From: a virus
DNA: 64,000 nt
Reading direction: 5' to 3' (one strand)
IMG/VR virus record: IMGVR_UViG_3300024346_000008
Span: 99,935-163,934 of that record
A program made the translations under genes and the position numbers. The first letter of the stretch is position 1, and each line of letters opens with the position of its first letter. Shown piece by piece: positions 19,956-30,017 of this stretch. The notes beneath the pieces are model-generated. The model worked only from the letters and a program-made list of their open reading frames with translations. It was not told the origin of the DNA and searched no databases.

Positions 19956-19964
19956 TATAAATAT
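19956..19964 (-). promoter_or_regulatory. Putative late promoter motif ATATTTATA
   Basis: About 38 nt upstream of ATG 19918. Confidence 0.55.
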
Positions 19965-19967
19965 TCT

Positions 19968-20726
19968 TTAAATTCCGAACCGTGACCGTTGTGCGTTAAA
20001 ATTTTGAAGGATTTCTTGTGGGGACAGACCTCTGTTGTATATAGATACATTCGACAATCTTCCCGTAAAATAATTTCCAGCAGTATTACGACCAATATTT
20101 AAATTATCGGATTGAGTGCCGTATGGTGCACTTTTTGTTATAGTGCCTTGGTCAAGTACACCATTTATATAAATTTGTATATCATTTAAATTTGTGGTAG
20201 TTGTATTTGTGGTATATACGACGGTGACATGTTTCCAGATATCTGCCAGAGTCATTACCGTTGAATTACTTGAATATCTAGTACAACATACGCCTGATGC
20301 ACCATTTTTAATTTCTGCCTTAAGTGCACTCGCGCTATCAAACAGACTAGGAAACCCCCATCCCCATCCACCGGATGTACATCCTTTACTTAAAATATAT
20401 TGAACATTAAGATTAACGAAGCCGGTCTGAGGCCCTACCCATGCACTTGTTGTAAATGTTGTATTAGTAAAATCAAATGTCGTGGGATTTTGTATATTTA
20501 TATACTGAGTTCCTACTGGAGAATTTTCGGCTACTCCTGCAAATTGCAAACTTATCCCAGGTGCACTATTATAAACGGTAATATTATTAAGTAAACTTCC
20601 ACTAGTATTATTTCCACTCAAATCTGTCCATGTGGTACTACCACTAACATATGATTTAGTATTTGCCGCATCAAGATATACTACTAATCCATCGGTGACT
20701 ATTTTTGGAGAATGAATAAACGCCAT
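19968..20726 (-). CDS. LamG/concanavalin-A-like lectin domain protein
   Basis: IVTDGLVVYLDAAN..SY.SGSTTWTDLSG; WKHVTVVY; IYING; IYNRGLS..EILQNFNA...RFG. Confidence 0.88.
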   Translation of the reverse strand: MAFIHSPKIVTDGLVVYLDAANTKSYVSGSTTWTDLSGNNTSGSLLNNITVYNSAPGISLQFAGVAENSPVGTQYINIQNPTTFDFTNTTFTTSAWVGPQTGFVNLNVQYILSKGCTSGGWGWGFPSLFDSASALKAEIKNGASGVCCTRYSSNSTVMTLADIWKHVTVVYTTNTTTTNLNDIQIYINGVLDQGTITKSAPYGTQSDNLNIGRNTAGNYFTGRLSNVSIYNRGLSPQEILQNFNAQRSRFGI

Positions 20727-20729
20727 ATA

Positions 20730-21440
20730 TTATACTCCAAATCTGCCGCGAGTGGCGTTAAAGTTTTGAAGAACTTCGTCGGGAGAAAGTGCTTTATTAT
20801 AAATTTTTACATTATAAATACTACCACTTAGATACGCGGTTGCGTTGCCTCGTTGACCTATAAAAAATGTGTTTGCGTTCACGGTTGCCGCAATAAGGAA
20901 CGAAGACGCACCTTTATTTGGTGCAGCTATTCCATTAAGATACATTTGATATGTTGATATACCATCAAACGTTGCGGTCACATGATATATACTTCCAGTG
21001 GGTATATTTGCTACTGAATAGTTTACGGGGACGCTCCCTACACTATTCAGTACATAAAATATTCTTTCTGAATCGGTTGCTATAGCCAATCCCAATTGTA
21101 CATTTCGTGAACCCGAAGTATATGCTATAATTCTACGGTATGTCGTTGTTAATGCAGACGCAGGAGTGTCTGTTTTCACCATACACTCCAGTGTAAACGA
21201 AGGTGCATTATTAAGTGCAGTTGGATATGAAACATTTACAAAGTCATTCGTTCCATCAAATACAATACTACCACCATTTTCCCCACTAAAGGTTGGTCCG
21301 TTTGTTAAACTTCCACTATTATTATTTCCACTTAAATCTGTCCATGTGGTACTACCACTAACATACGACTTCCGATTGGCGGCATCTAATGCAAGCACTA
21401 ATCCATCGGTGACTATTTTGGGACTATATGATGTAGACAT
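20730..21440 (-). CDS. LamG/concanavalin-A-like lectin domain protein
   Basis: Same architecture: FDGTNDFV, YHVTATFDG, IYNKALS. Confidence 0.88.
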   Translation of the reverse strand: MSTSYSPKIVTDGLVLALDAANRKSYVSGSTTWTDLSGNNNSGSLTNGPTFSGENGGSIVFDGTNDFVNVSYPTALNNAPSFTLECMVKTDTPASALTTTYRRIIAYTSGSRNVQLGLAIATDSERIFYVLNSVGSVPVNYSVANIPTGSIYHVTATFDGISTYQMYLNGIAAPNKGASSFLIAATVNANTFFIGQRGNATAYLSGSIYNVKIYNKALSPDEVLQNFNATRGRFGV

Positions 21441-21441
21441 A

Positions 21442-22083
21442 TTATTGACTTCCTTCTATAAGTTTTCCAACAGGATTTTGTGAAATAATACATAATGATG
21501 TTGCATTCGTGGTAGGTATATCTGCTGCAATAAAGTTATCCCCACGGGTTGCACGAACGTTGTCAGCAATATACATTACCCCAGGTTGCCCAGAAGTATG
21601 TGTATTATCCACTATTGATGTGATAAATTGTTTATTTTTATATACAGAAATTACATTTCCAGTTGCACGTATTGTTAGTACATCACCCACTGCACTTACC
21701 ACCCATGTACCGGAGGCCACTTTAACAAACGTACCATTTCCATCACACCGAAGTATTCCTGAATAACTTGTATTGAATCCATCAATAGATAATATATATC
21801 CCGTAAATCCTACGCCCATTCTAACGCCTGCACCAATGTAATCAAACGCTCCGCGTGTAGTTAAGGTAAGTGTTGCTTCTTGGTTTGGAGGAAATGTAAT
21901 TATTTGTGGGTCTACAAAGTTATAACCAGCATTGGTACTAAGTCCCGCCGTATTAGATATAACTTGTAGAGAAACCCATCCGGCTGCACTAGACGTGAGA
22001 TAGTTTGACCCTAAATTACCATTTGCTCTATTAAAATTATCAATAAATACATTGGCAGATGCCATACTTGCGGATACTGGCAT
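21442..22083 (-). CDS. Beta-sandwich (lectin/SPRY-like) virion protein
   Basis: DNFNRANG.LG...GDVLTIRATGNVISVYKN...D.THTSGQPG...DNF pattern. Confidence 0.65.
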   Translation of the reverse strand: MPVSASMASANVFIDNFNRANGNLGSNYLTSSAAGWVSLQVISNTAGLSTNAGYNFVDPQIITFPPNQEATLTLTTRGAFDYIGAGVRMGVGFTGYILSIDGFNTSYSGILRCDGNGTFVKVASGTWVVSAVGDVLTIRATGNVISVYKNKQFITSIVDNTHTSGQPGVMYIADNVRATRGDNFIAADIPTTNATSLCIISQNPVGKLIEGSQ

Positions 22084-22109
22084 CTTATTTTACCTTTATA
22101 AAAAACATG

Positions 22110-22826
22110 TTATAATCCAAACCGTGCACGGGTGGCGTTATAATTAGCAAGAACTTCTGTTGCACTCAATGTTCTATTGTATATATGCGCCATATACATA
22201 CGAAAGGGCGGTGCATTCGGTTGTGCAACATTTCCCCCGATTAAATAATCATTGGGAATATTTGCCGCGGCATATGTACCACCAGTAGCGTTTGTTCCCA
22301 CAGATGACCCATTTCTATAAAAAGTTAAAGTGGTTCCATTATATGTCATCATATAATACTGATAAGTGCTTACTATCCAACTATTTGACGCGCCGGCTTC
22401 AGGTGAACCACCACCGGTTTTCATCGTTGCCGCAGCTTGAGTTGTTGATGTTGACCCTTGATATATTAATCCTGCCACATTAGTTCCACCAACATTTATG
22501 CTAGATGATAATATAAATACGGGGCCTGTTCCACTGGTACCCGTTGGGTATAACCAAATACCCATACTAAATGCGCTACCAACGGTAACGCTTCCGGCTA
22601 CTCCTGTGCATGCATCGGGTTTTGTGGTAAACGCCAAGCCACCACGCGCGTCCGTTGTATAATTACTACTGGACATTAATCCATTTGCTCCTCTACCCGT
22701 CAAGTCTTTTGCTGTTAGTGTCGATACACCAGACCGATATGAAAAACTGTTTGCCATATCAATTGACATGATTAATCCATCATTAATTAAATTACCCGTT
22801 GGACGACTTCCTGCATATATTGTCAT
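22110..22826 (-). CDS. LamG/concanavalin-A-like lectin domain protein
   Basis: DGLIMSIDMAN..SY; TYNGTTLTFYRNG; IYNRTLS..EVLANYNATRARFGL. Confidence 0.85.
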   Translation of the reverse strand: MTIYAGSRPTGNLINDGLIMSIDMANSFSYRSGVSTLTAKDLTGRGANGLMSSSNYTTDARGGLAFTTKPDACTGVAGSVTVGSAFSMGIWLYPTGTSGTGPVFILSSSINVGGTNVAGLIYQGSTSTTQAAATMKTGGGSPEAGASNSWIVSTYQYYMMTYNGTTLTFYRNGSSVGTNATGGTYAAANIPNDYLIGGNVAQPNAPPFRMYMAHIYNRTLSATEVLANYNATRARFGL

Positions 22827-22827
22827 A

Positions 22828-25800
22828 TTATTCTACCGTTTGTAATGTGTCTACGTCTTTACGTGTTGCTTGTACAAAGTAAAAGCAATCAATTGGGGTA
22901 TTTGAATTAATAACTACGGTATTATTTTCAATGTTTTGTACATATAATATTTGTTGTGTACCAATTGGCGTTAATTGTACCGTAATACTATCTGCATCTA
23001 CTAACCATTCCCATTCTTCTGGTAATTGGATAATATTATTTTTTGTTAACCGTCCCCGCACATATACGCCATGTTCTGGACCTTCCAATACACCGTAGAT
23101 AAGTTTCTTGCCTAACAATATTTGATGGTCAATTTTGAAACTCTTGGTCGTAGCTTGAAATGCTCCGAGTATTGTTGCCGACCCTGTGATATTTAATGCG
23201 TTACTGCCCGTAATGGTTAATGACCCCGTGATGATGGCGTTTCCAGTATATGGGAACGTTGACCCAATACTGGACGTAGTAAAGATTTTTCCGGTAGCAG
23301 TTTCTAATACCAATACACTATTTGCATTAGTGGTATTGGATATACTTACTAAATTGACATTGGATGCGGTGATACTACCATTTGTAGCGTTAAGACTGCC
23401 CGATACCGTGAGGTTATTACTAAAGTTACCAGACCCCGATACATCAAAATTATAGTTTGGCGTAACAATGTTAATACCAACTTTTGCTACCGATGGTGAT
23501 TGTGAACCAGTAAATTGAACTGCTACATTGTTATACGAGCCGGTGGCAAATATAATTCCGCCAATATTAATAGAATCGGTTATGTTACGAGGTAAACCAA
23601 TACTGTTACCCACAACGATATTGTTTGACCCCATACTATCTACTGAATTAACTACATATCCCGACGAGTCTCCTATTAATATTGAATATGAGGCACTAAC
23701 TGCATTATTTCCGGCACGTTTTCCTAAAAATGTTGAATAACGTGCGTTACTTGCACCAAATCCTGCCCGCAGTCCAATAAAGGTTGAACCGGTTGCGTCC
23801 GTGGCAAGTTCACCGGCACGTTCACCAATAAATGTTGAATTACTTGCTCTACTTGCACTAAATCCTGTCCGCAGTCCAATAAAGGTTGAGTTGTATGGAT
23901 CAGTGGCGTTCTGACCGGCACTTGCCCCCACAAATGTTGATAATGATGCGGATATTGCCTTATATCCTGCAAAAGACCCTAAAAATGTTGAAGTATCTGC
24001 TTTACTTGCACTAAACCCAGCACTGTCACCAACAAAGGTTGAATTGAATGCAGATCGTGCTGCGAAGCCTGCTTGGTCACCAATAAATACGACATTGTAT
24101 GCCCCCGACGCAGAGTATCCCGCTTGATATCCTAGTAAATTTGAATTATTAAAGTTACCCGGGTCACCTGCTCCTGCTTCAGACCCGATAAAATTAGAAT
24201 TAGATGCATTGCGGCCGCCCTGCGTTCCTGCAAGATATCCAATCATGACAGAATCGTTTGATGCAACTGCGTCATATGCTACTTGATATCCAATGTATAC
24301 ACTATTATATGAACCGTTACGAGCGGCGGTGGTTCCTATAAATGTTGAATAATCACAATCAAACGATGCCGTTCCTGCGCCGAATCCTAAATATGATGCG
24401 GAAATTCCAGGTCTACCTATCCCAGAATTTGCTGTTATTAATGAACTTGACGCCCCGGCGGCAAAGGGATAACTGGATGATATTGCATTACTTGCCCAAC
24501 TACTCGTACCGAACAATGAACTAGTAATTCCGCCACCGATAACCGTGATACCACTACCCGTCACCGTCAATGACCCACTAATGACTGCTGCACCAACAAA
24601 CGGGAATGTAGTTGCCGTCACCCCCGTTAATCCGGTACCATCCCCCTTGAATGACCCCGTAAAGGAGCCAGTGAATGGGTCACTTAGTGTAGTAAATTGT
24701 TGTGAACTAGAGACAACTCCAGCAGGTAATGTTGCAATTGCACTTAATGCGTAGGATGCAGTTGTGGCAAACGAACTGGATATTGCATTACTTGCCCAAC
24801 TACTCGTACCGAACAATGATGCGGTAATATTATTGGTGGAGAAGACTTTATTGGTTGCCGTTTCTAATACTAAAAGCGTATTTGGACCAGGAGTACCAGA
24901 AAGTACTAAGTTCACATTTGATGCGGTAACACTGCCCGAAATATTCAACGACCCACTAATGACTACTGGACCCACCGTTGTTTGACTGCCCGTAGTGTAT
25001 AATGACCCCGATACATCTAATCCATTTGGAAAATTAATATATCCCGTAAAAGATGACGCGGTTGCTGCCGTGGTGGCAAAGGATGCAGTTGGTGGCGTAA
25101 AGGTAATAGACGTTGCTGCGGATGCCGTGGTAGCAAATGAAGATGATACTACATTACTTGCCCAACTACTCGTACCAAATACTGACCCACTAAATATACC
25201 AATAAACGACCCTGTGAACGATCCTGTATTAATTTGCGAAGAACTGGAAACCACTCCCGCAGGTAATGTTACATTTGCACTTAATGCATAACTTGATGTA
25301 GTGGCAAATGAGGAGGAGATTGCGTTACTGGCCCAACTGGCTGTTCCAAACGCAGACCCACTATGAATGCCAATGAACGACCCTGTAAACGAGCCGGTAT
25401 TAATTTGTGCAGAACTAGAAACCGTACCCGTTGGTAAGAACGCAATAACTTGTGCAGAACTACTGACAATGTTTGCAGGAACATTACTTAGTCCTGTGTA
25501 GGATACTTGTCCAGAACTGGATACCGTTCCAGCGGGCAATCCCGATGGAAGTACATAAGATGCTGATGTTGCCCAACTACTTGTTCCCGTCAAGGTACCT
25601 ACAAACGAACCACTAAACGAACCTGTATTGATTTGGGTAGAACTACTAACCAATCCTTCAGGTATTCCAGTGAGCGATGTCCATGCAGTTGACCCCGTAG
25701 CCATCGTGGGTGCCCATGAGGCAGATATTGCAAATGATGCAGTGGTTGCCCAACTAGACGTACCTATTAATGTTCCCGTAAACGAACCGCTAAACGACCC

Positions 25801-28800
25801 CGTATTGATTTGTACAGAACTACTAACTAACCCCTCCGGTATACCGGTAAGACTTGTCCATGTAGTTGACCCTGTGGCTTGTGTTGGTGCCCATGACGCA
25901 GATAACGCCGAGACTGCAAAGGATGAGGTGGTGGCAAATGAACTGGATATTGCGTTACTTGCCCAACTTGCGGTCCCTATTAAGGTTCCAATGATTTGGT
26001 TGGTGACATTCAACGAACCTGTTATACCGTAAGACCCTGTGAGTTGTTTGCTGTTAATCCATATACTACCACTTTTTACTAATAAATCCCCGTATGAAGA
26101 ACCAGCTACATTTACATCGTGTAATTCATCCAGTTCATATCCGTTATCTATCTTGACATAGATTGCCCCCGCCGATGCGTGTACACGTTCAACATATCCA
26201 ATTTGTACACCGTGATAGGGTGCCTCGGGTCTGGTCTGGGTGTACTCTCCTGCAGATGCACTTAACCACAACAAGGCGCCGGGTGTCAGACCAATTGTGT
26301 TCAGGCCGTGAACTACACCAACTACAGTGACGAACCCTTCTTGGCCAGAGAGAATGGGTTCGGTAACCACTCCAATGGTATTAGATGAACCAAGTTCCGC
26401 AGTGGCCGATGCACGACGAACTGCAATTCGGTTTCCCTGTGAACCAGAGATGTAGACTGCCGTACCGTCAGTAAGTGTGGTTGCTTCAGCATTAAATACA
26501 CGTGCGACTAATTCTTGTCCAATCTGAAGGGTTGTATTTCCACCCTTCAATCCAAGGTCAAGGGTGCCGTCACCATCATTCCATACCAATCTACCTGCTG
26601 CACCACCAACTACTGCGGTAGTATCAATGTCAATGTAAGATGCCTTTACACTTCCTGTGACGATAACAGAGCCGGTAATAATCTGAGTTCCTACAAAAAT
26701 GTTGGACCCTGTTGAAGCATATGTAGTAGAATCTCTATTGTCCAGTAAATCCGAATTTAATGCGGAGACTGCGTTATTTGCCCAACTTGCCGTACCAAAC
26801 ATGGTACCAACATTCGTAATATTATTACCGTCCAAGGATAAGGTGCCAGCCATTGCACGGGTTCCATTTACTAACAAATATTGTGTATGGTCGTCTGCAT
26901 TTAATCCTAATAGATTTCCGTGAACAGACGAGGCGTTTACTCCTGCTGCTCTAAATCCAATGATTGGACGAATGTCCTGTATTTGTGTAATATTTGCAGA
27001 ACCAGATTGCACATAGACTGCCGCCAATGCAACAACCCCATCATTAAAATATGTTGGAATACTTGGTAGGTTTGCATTTTCTGCGGCAACTAGCGTTGAA
27101 TATTGATTGGAATTAATAACAAGGAAATATTTTTCGTCTATTCCTTCACCCACACCATATAATGTATGTTTTGTGTATGCAGATGCGGATAATGGAGCCA
27201 ATACACTTGCGGAAGCATACAGATTGTTTGGAACAATAGACGAGGTATATCGTGCCCATGTTGATGCACTTGGGTAATATTGAGTAAGATTTATAGATGA
27301 TGTGCCAGAAGGAGTAAACTTATTTTCTGAGAAGAAATATGTTCCTGCTGTTACATCTAATTTAAATGGCGTGGAATCTTCGGTAACGGTAGACCCTGCT
27401 GCATATACTGGTCCCAATGCTTCTCTATTAAATGTAGAGAGTTTGTTGGCCATGTGTTCGCCATTATATGGCGTTTGGTCAATAAGTTCAATTCCAGTAT
27501 TATTTGTTACCACTCTACCCAAGATAATATTGGTTTCATTATTCGGAATAGAACCTGCGGCAGTTAATACTTCCGTGGAGGTTAAGTAAATGTAATTATT
27601 GGAATTTGCGGTTAAGGTTAGATTACCGTTTACCCAATCTATTCTTTTGTATACCGCCGCATCAGTTGCATCTCGTGCATATCCAAATCCAGACGCAACG
27701 GTAATATTAAATCCACTGCCCGTGGTAATATTGCCGTCCTCCATAACACCCATTGGAGAACCCTTAAAAATAAGAGTAGTTGCATCCGTATGAGTTCCAT
27801 CGGCGAATGTTACTGCTAAATTACGGGTAATATCATTTTCACCGTCAGTATCATCTAAGAAGTTCCAAAAGAAATTGTCACTTAAATTATTAATTTTACC
27901 ATGAGACGCAACACCTTGATACCGACCTTTTGTAGAGGTATTCAATACATCAAAGTCGTATATATTTGAATTATGAATCATACTACCAACAATTCTAAAT
28001 TCAGGGGCAGGAGATGCAGCAGGAACTCGTACACCATAATCCCAATTTTGCATCTCTAAGGCTGCGGCTTCGAATGATGCGCCTTGTTCTATTTTAATTG
28101 CAGTAGACCCTGCGGTATTATCTCCTTTAAATAATCCTGTATACAAACTTAAACTAGAACTTGGACCCACTACATAGTTACCTATACCAGAACTACTGGA
28201 TGGGAATAAGTAATAATTTTCTACGTTAGCCAATACACTAAAGTTGTTACTAGACGAAACATATACTCCATAACTAAACGGCCCATTAATGTCTACATAT
28301 TCTCCATAGAACGTTGAATTGGCGGTGTTTGCCGATACTTTAACGCCATAATCATAGTTGTATATGGAAATTTTATGTACTTGGGCAAAGTCACTACTAA
28401 CAATTTGTCCTATGTCTGGTGCGGATAAAGCAGAATATCCCGCAACATTATTACCTTTTAATGTTAAAAATGAAACTTCGTTGGTAGGTCCAAGAATAAG
28501 TTGGTCAAATGCTCCGCTTCCGGATGGAATAATAACTGTTGTTTGAGTATCCGATCCAAGAATAGCAATATATGGTTTTCCACGCATATCTATTTGCTTT
28601 TCTGTGAATTCTCCTGGTCCTACTTCAATAACATATCTGTTATTTTCTGCGGAATCTGTGATATATGCAACCGATGCACTAATAGATGTAAAATCTCCAC
28701 CCTTTTTTGCAACGGTAATTCTTCGTGGGTCTTGGTTTACTTCATAAAGTGGAGCATCTTTTGCAATAAGAGTTTTTAAGAATGTATCGGTCCCAGATAC

Positions 28801-29919
28801 TTTTCCTAATGACCCCGTATGTTGAATATCTACGTCAGTTGTACAATTCTCAAAGTTTAATGCAATTGCATCAATAGATGGAGCAGACCCAGTTTGTGGT
28901 GCCCAAATACCTCGTGTCCATCGTTGAAAATTAACTGCGGTTAAGCGAAGTTGTCCACCGTTATATACTTTAAATCCAGTACCCGTTGCTGTTCCGGTTG
29001 CACGAGTTAATAAACATCCATTAACAATGAACGTACAGCCCGGTGCATCGGCAAGAGCAAATATTTGGTCTTGTGAAGAACCCGCAACACCACCATTCGT
29101 AGATGTTACGTTACGAAGTTGCATACGTCCAATACCACCGTCCGAACCAGAAGTAACTTGGAATCCAACATCAAAGGATTTACTACCTTCAGTAAATCCG
29201 CCGTATTTTATATTTGAGCATTGTAGAATACAATTGCCGCTACTTCCACTTCCGATAACTTTTGCATTTGTATAATTTGTTCCAAATCGTACATTTTCTA
29301 CATAGGCAATTGCATTAGTTTGCGGCGTTGTTGGCGACGAATATACAACGGCAGAAACGTTTGGTGCAGTAGACCCTTGTATTTGCATGTCAATAACCAT
29401 TGTTTGGTCAGCCATAACAAATATACTAGCACTTGGATTGGATGCGGAAACTATAGTGGAGATGGACGAATCGCCCTTAATCGCAATATATGGTTTAAGA
29501 GTAATTGTATTTTCTATATACACACCCGGATATACTCTTACCGTATACGTGTTCGTTGCCGTTGCATCCGTGATACTATCTACTGCTGTTTTAATTGAAT
29601 TATAATTTGTATCACTTCCCGCCAATCCTACCGTTACTAAATTATCTATAAACGTAGGAGGTGCATAACTTGCAGATGTTGCGTTTGATGCTGTGCCAAA
29701 TAAATATGAGGCGGTAATATTACCTAATAAATTAATACTGCCCGTATTTGGTACATCTAATGTTACAACACTTCGTACAAATTCACCACTGCTACCAGAT
29801 TGTTTAACGAATATTTTAGCATCAGCAACATTGATAGCCAATTCCCCAACACTTAACGACGATGTTGTGGGGGCAATGTTTGATGTTAAATTTCGTTTAT
29901 GTAGTATTTTATCTGGCAT
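22828..29919 (-). CDS. Giant tail fibre/spike (2363 aa): N-terminal attachment domain, two pectinesterase-like beta-helix domains, TGSF repeats, YadA-head-like repeats, C-terminal chaperone-like domain
   Basis: KR...APTTSSLSVGELAINVADAKIF N-terminus; VTVG...YNSIKTAVDSI...VYPGVY and ITVAKKGGDFTSISAS...VGPGEFTE; STFIG..AG..A repeats; KSFKIDH...EGPEHGVYVRG C-terminus. Confidence 0.85.
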   Translation of the reverse strand: MPDKILHKRNLTSNIAPTTSSLSVGELAINVADAKIFVKQSGSSGEFVRSVVTLDVPNTGSINLLGNITASYLFGTASNATSASYAPPTFIDNLVTVGLAGSDTNYNSIKTAVDSITDATATNTYTVRVYPGVYIENTITLKPYIAIKGDSSISTIVSASNPSASIFVMADQTMVIDMQIQGSTAPNVSAVVYSSPTTPQTNAIAYVENVRFGTNYTNAKVIGSGSSGNCILQCSNIKYGGFTEGSKSFDVGFQVTSGSDGGIGRMQLRNVTSTNGGVAGSSQDQIFALADAPGCTFIVNGCLLTRATGTATGTGFKVYNGGQLRLTAVNFQRWTRGIWAPQTGSAPSIDAIALNFENCTTDVDIQHTGSLGKVSGTDTFLKTLIAKDAPLYEVNQDPRRITVAKKGGDFTSISASVAYITDSAENNRYVIEVGPGEFTEKQIDMRGKPYIAILGSDTQTTVIIPSGSGAFDQLILGPTNEVSFLTLKGNNVAGYSALSAPDIGQIVSSDFAQVHKISIYNYDYGVKVSANTANSTFYGEYVDINGPFSYGVYVSSSNNFSVLANVENYYLFPSSSSGIGNYVVGPSSSLSLYTGLFKGDNTAGSTAIKIEQGASFEAAALEMQNWDYGVRVPAASPAPEFRIVGSMIHNSNIYDFDVLNTSTKGRYQGVASHGKINNLSDNFFWNFLDDTDGENDITRNLAVTFADGTHTDATTLIFKGSPMGVMEDGNITTGSGFNITVASGFGYARDATDAAVYKRIDWVNGNLTLTANSNNYIYLTSTEVLTAAGSIPNNETNIILGRVVTNNTGIELIDQTPYNGEHMANKLSTFNREALGPVYAAGSTVTEDSTPFKLDVTAGTYFFSENKFTPSGTSSINLTQYYPSASTWARYTSSIVPNNLYASASVLAPLSASAYTKHTLYGVGEGIDEKYFLVINSNQYSTLVAAENANLPSIPTYFNDGVVALAAVYVQSGSANITQIQDIRPIIGFRAAGVNASSVHGNLLGLNADDHTQYLLVNGTRAMAGTLSLDGNNITNVGTMFGTASWANNAVSALNSDLLDNRDSTTYASTGSNIFVGTQIITGSVIVTGSVKASYIDIDTTAVVGGAAGRLVWNDGDGTLDLGLKGGNTTLQIGQELVARVFNAEATTLTDGTAVYISGSQGNRIAVRRASATAELGSSNTIGVVTEPILSGQEGFVTVVGVVHGLNTIGLTPGALLWLSASAGEYTQTRPEAPYHGVQIGYVERVHASAGAIYVKIDNGYELDELHDVNVAGSSYGDLLVKSGSIWINSKQLTGSYGITGSLNVTNQIIGTLIGTASWASNAISSSFATTSSFAVSALSASWAPTQATGSTTWTSLTGIPEGLVSSSVQINTGSFSGSFTGTLIGTSSWATTASFAISASWAPTMATGSTAWTSLTGIPEGLVSSSTQINTGSFSGSFVGTLTGTSSWATSASYVLPSGLPAGTVSSSGQVSYTGLSNVPANIVSSSAQVIAFLPTGTVSSSAQINTGSFTGSFIGIHSGSAFGTASWASNAISSSFATTSSYALSANVTLPAGVVSSSSQINTGSFTGSFIGIFSGSVFGTSSWASNVVSSSFATTASAATSITFTPPTASFATTAATASSFTGYINFPNGLDVSGSLYTTGSQTTVGPVVISGSLNISGSVTASNVNLVLSGTPGPNTLLVLETATNKVFSTNNITASLFGTSSWASNAISSSFATTASYALSAIATLPAGVVSSSQQFTTLSDPFTGSFTGSFKGDGTGLTGVTATTFPFVGAAVISGSLTVTGSGITVIGGGITSSLFGTSSWASNAISSSYPFAAGASSSLITANSGIGRPGISASYLGFGAGTASFDCDYSTFIGTTAARNGSYNSVYIGYQVAYDAVASNDSVMIGYLAGTQGGRNASNSNFIGSEAGAGDPGNFNNSNLLGYQAGYSASGAYNVVFIGDQAGFAARSAFNSTFVGDSAGFSASKADTSTFLGSFAGYKAISASLSTFVGASAGQNATDPYNSTFIGLRTGFSASRASNSTFIGERAGELATDATGSTFIGLRAGFGASNARYSTFLGKRAGNNAVSASYSILIGDSSGYVVNSVDSMGSNNIVVGNSIGLPRNITDSINIGGIIFATGSYNNVAVQFTGSQSPSVAKVGINIVTPNYNFDVSGSGNFSNNLTVSGSLNATNGSITASNVNLVSISNTTNANSVLVLETATGKIFTTSSIGSTFPYTGNAIITGSLTITGSNALNITGSATILGAFQATTKSFKIDHQILLGKKLIYGVLEGPEHGVYVRGRLTKNNIIQLPEEWEWLVDADSITVQLTPIGTQQILYVQNIENNTVVINSNTPIDCFYFVQATRKDVDTLQTVE

Positions 29920-30017
29920 AATACCATCTCATAGAAAGTGTCATATTGTAATAAATATCAGTCATTAAGTTACTTACCATTGTTTACCCGTCGTTATAGG
30001 AAATTTATATAGATTAT

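Noticed and set aside
22828-29919. Diversity-generating retroelement, suggested by the Mtd-like N-terminus and duplicated segments
   Set aside because: No reverse transcriptase is in the window, and I saw no non-coding template repeat or adenine-specific mismatch pattern.
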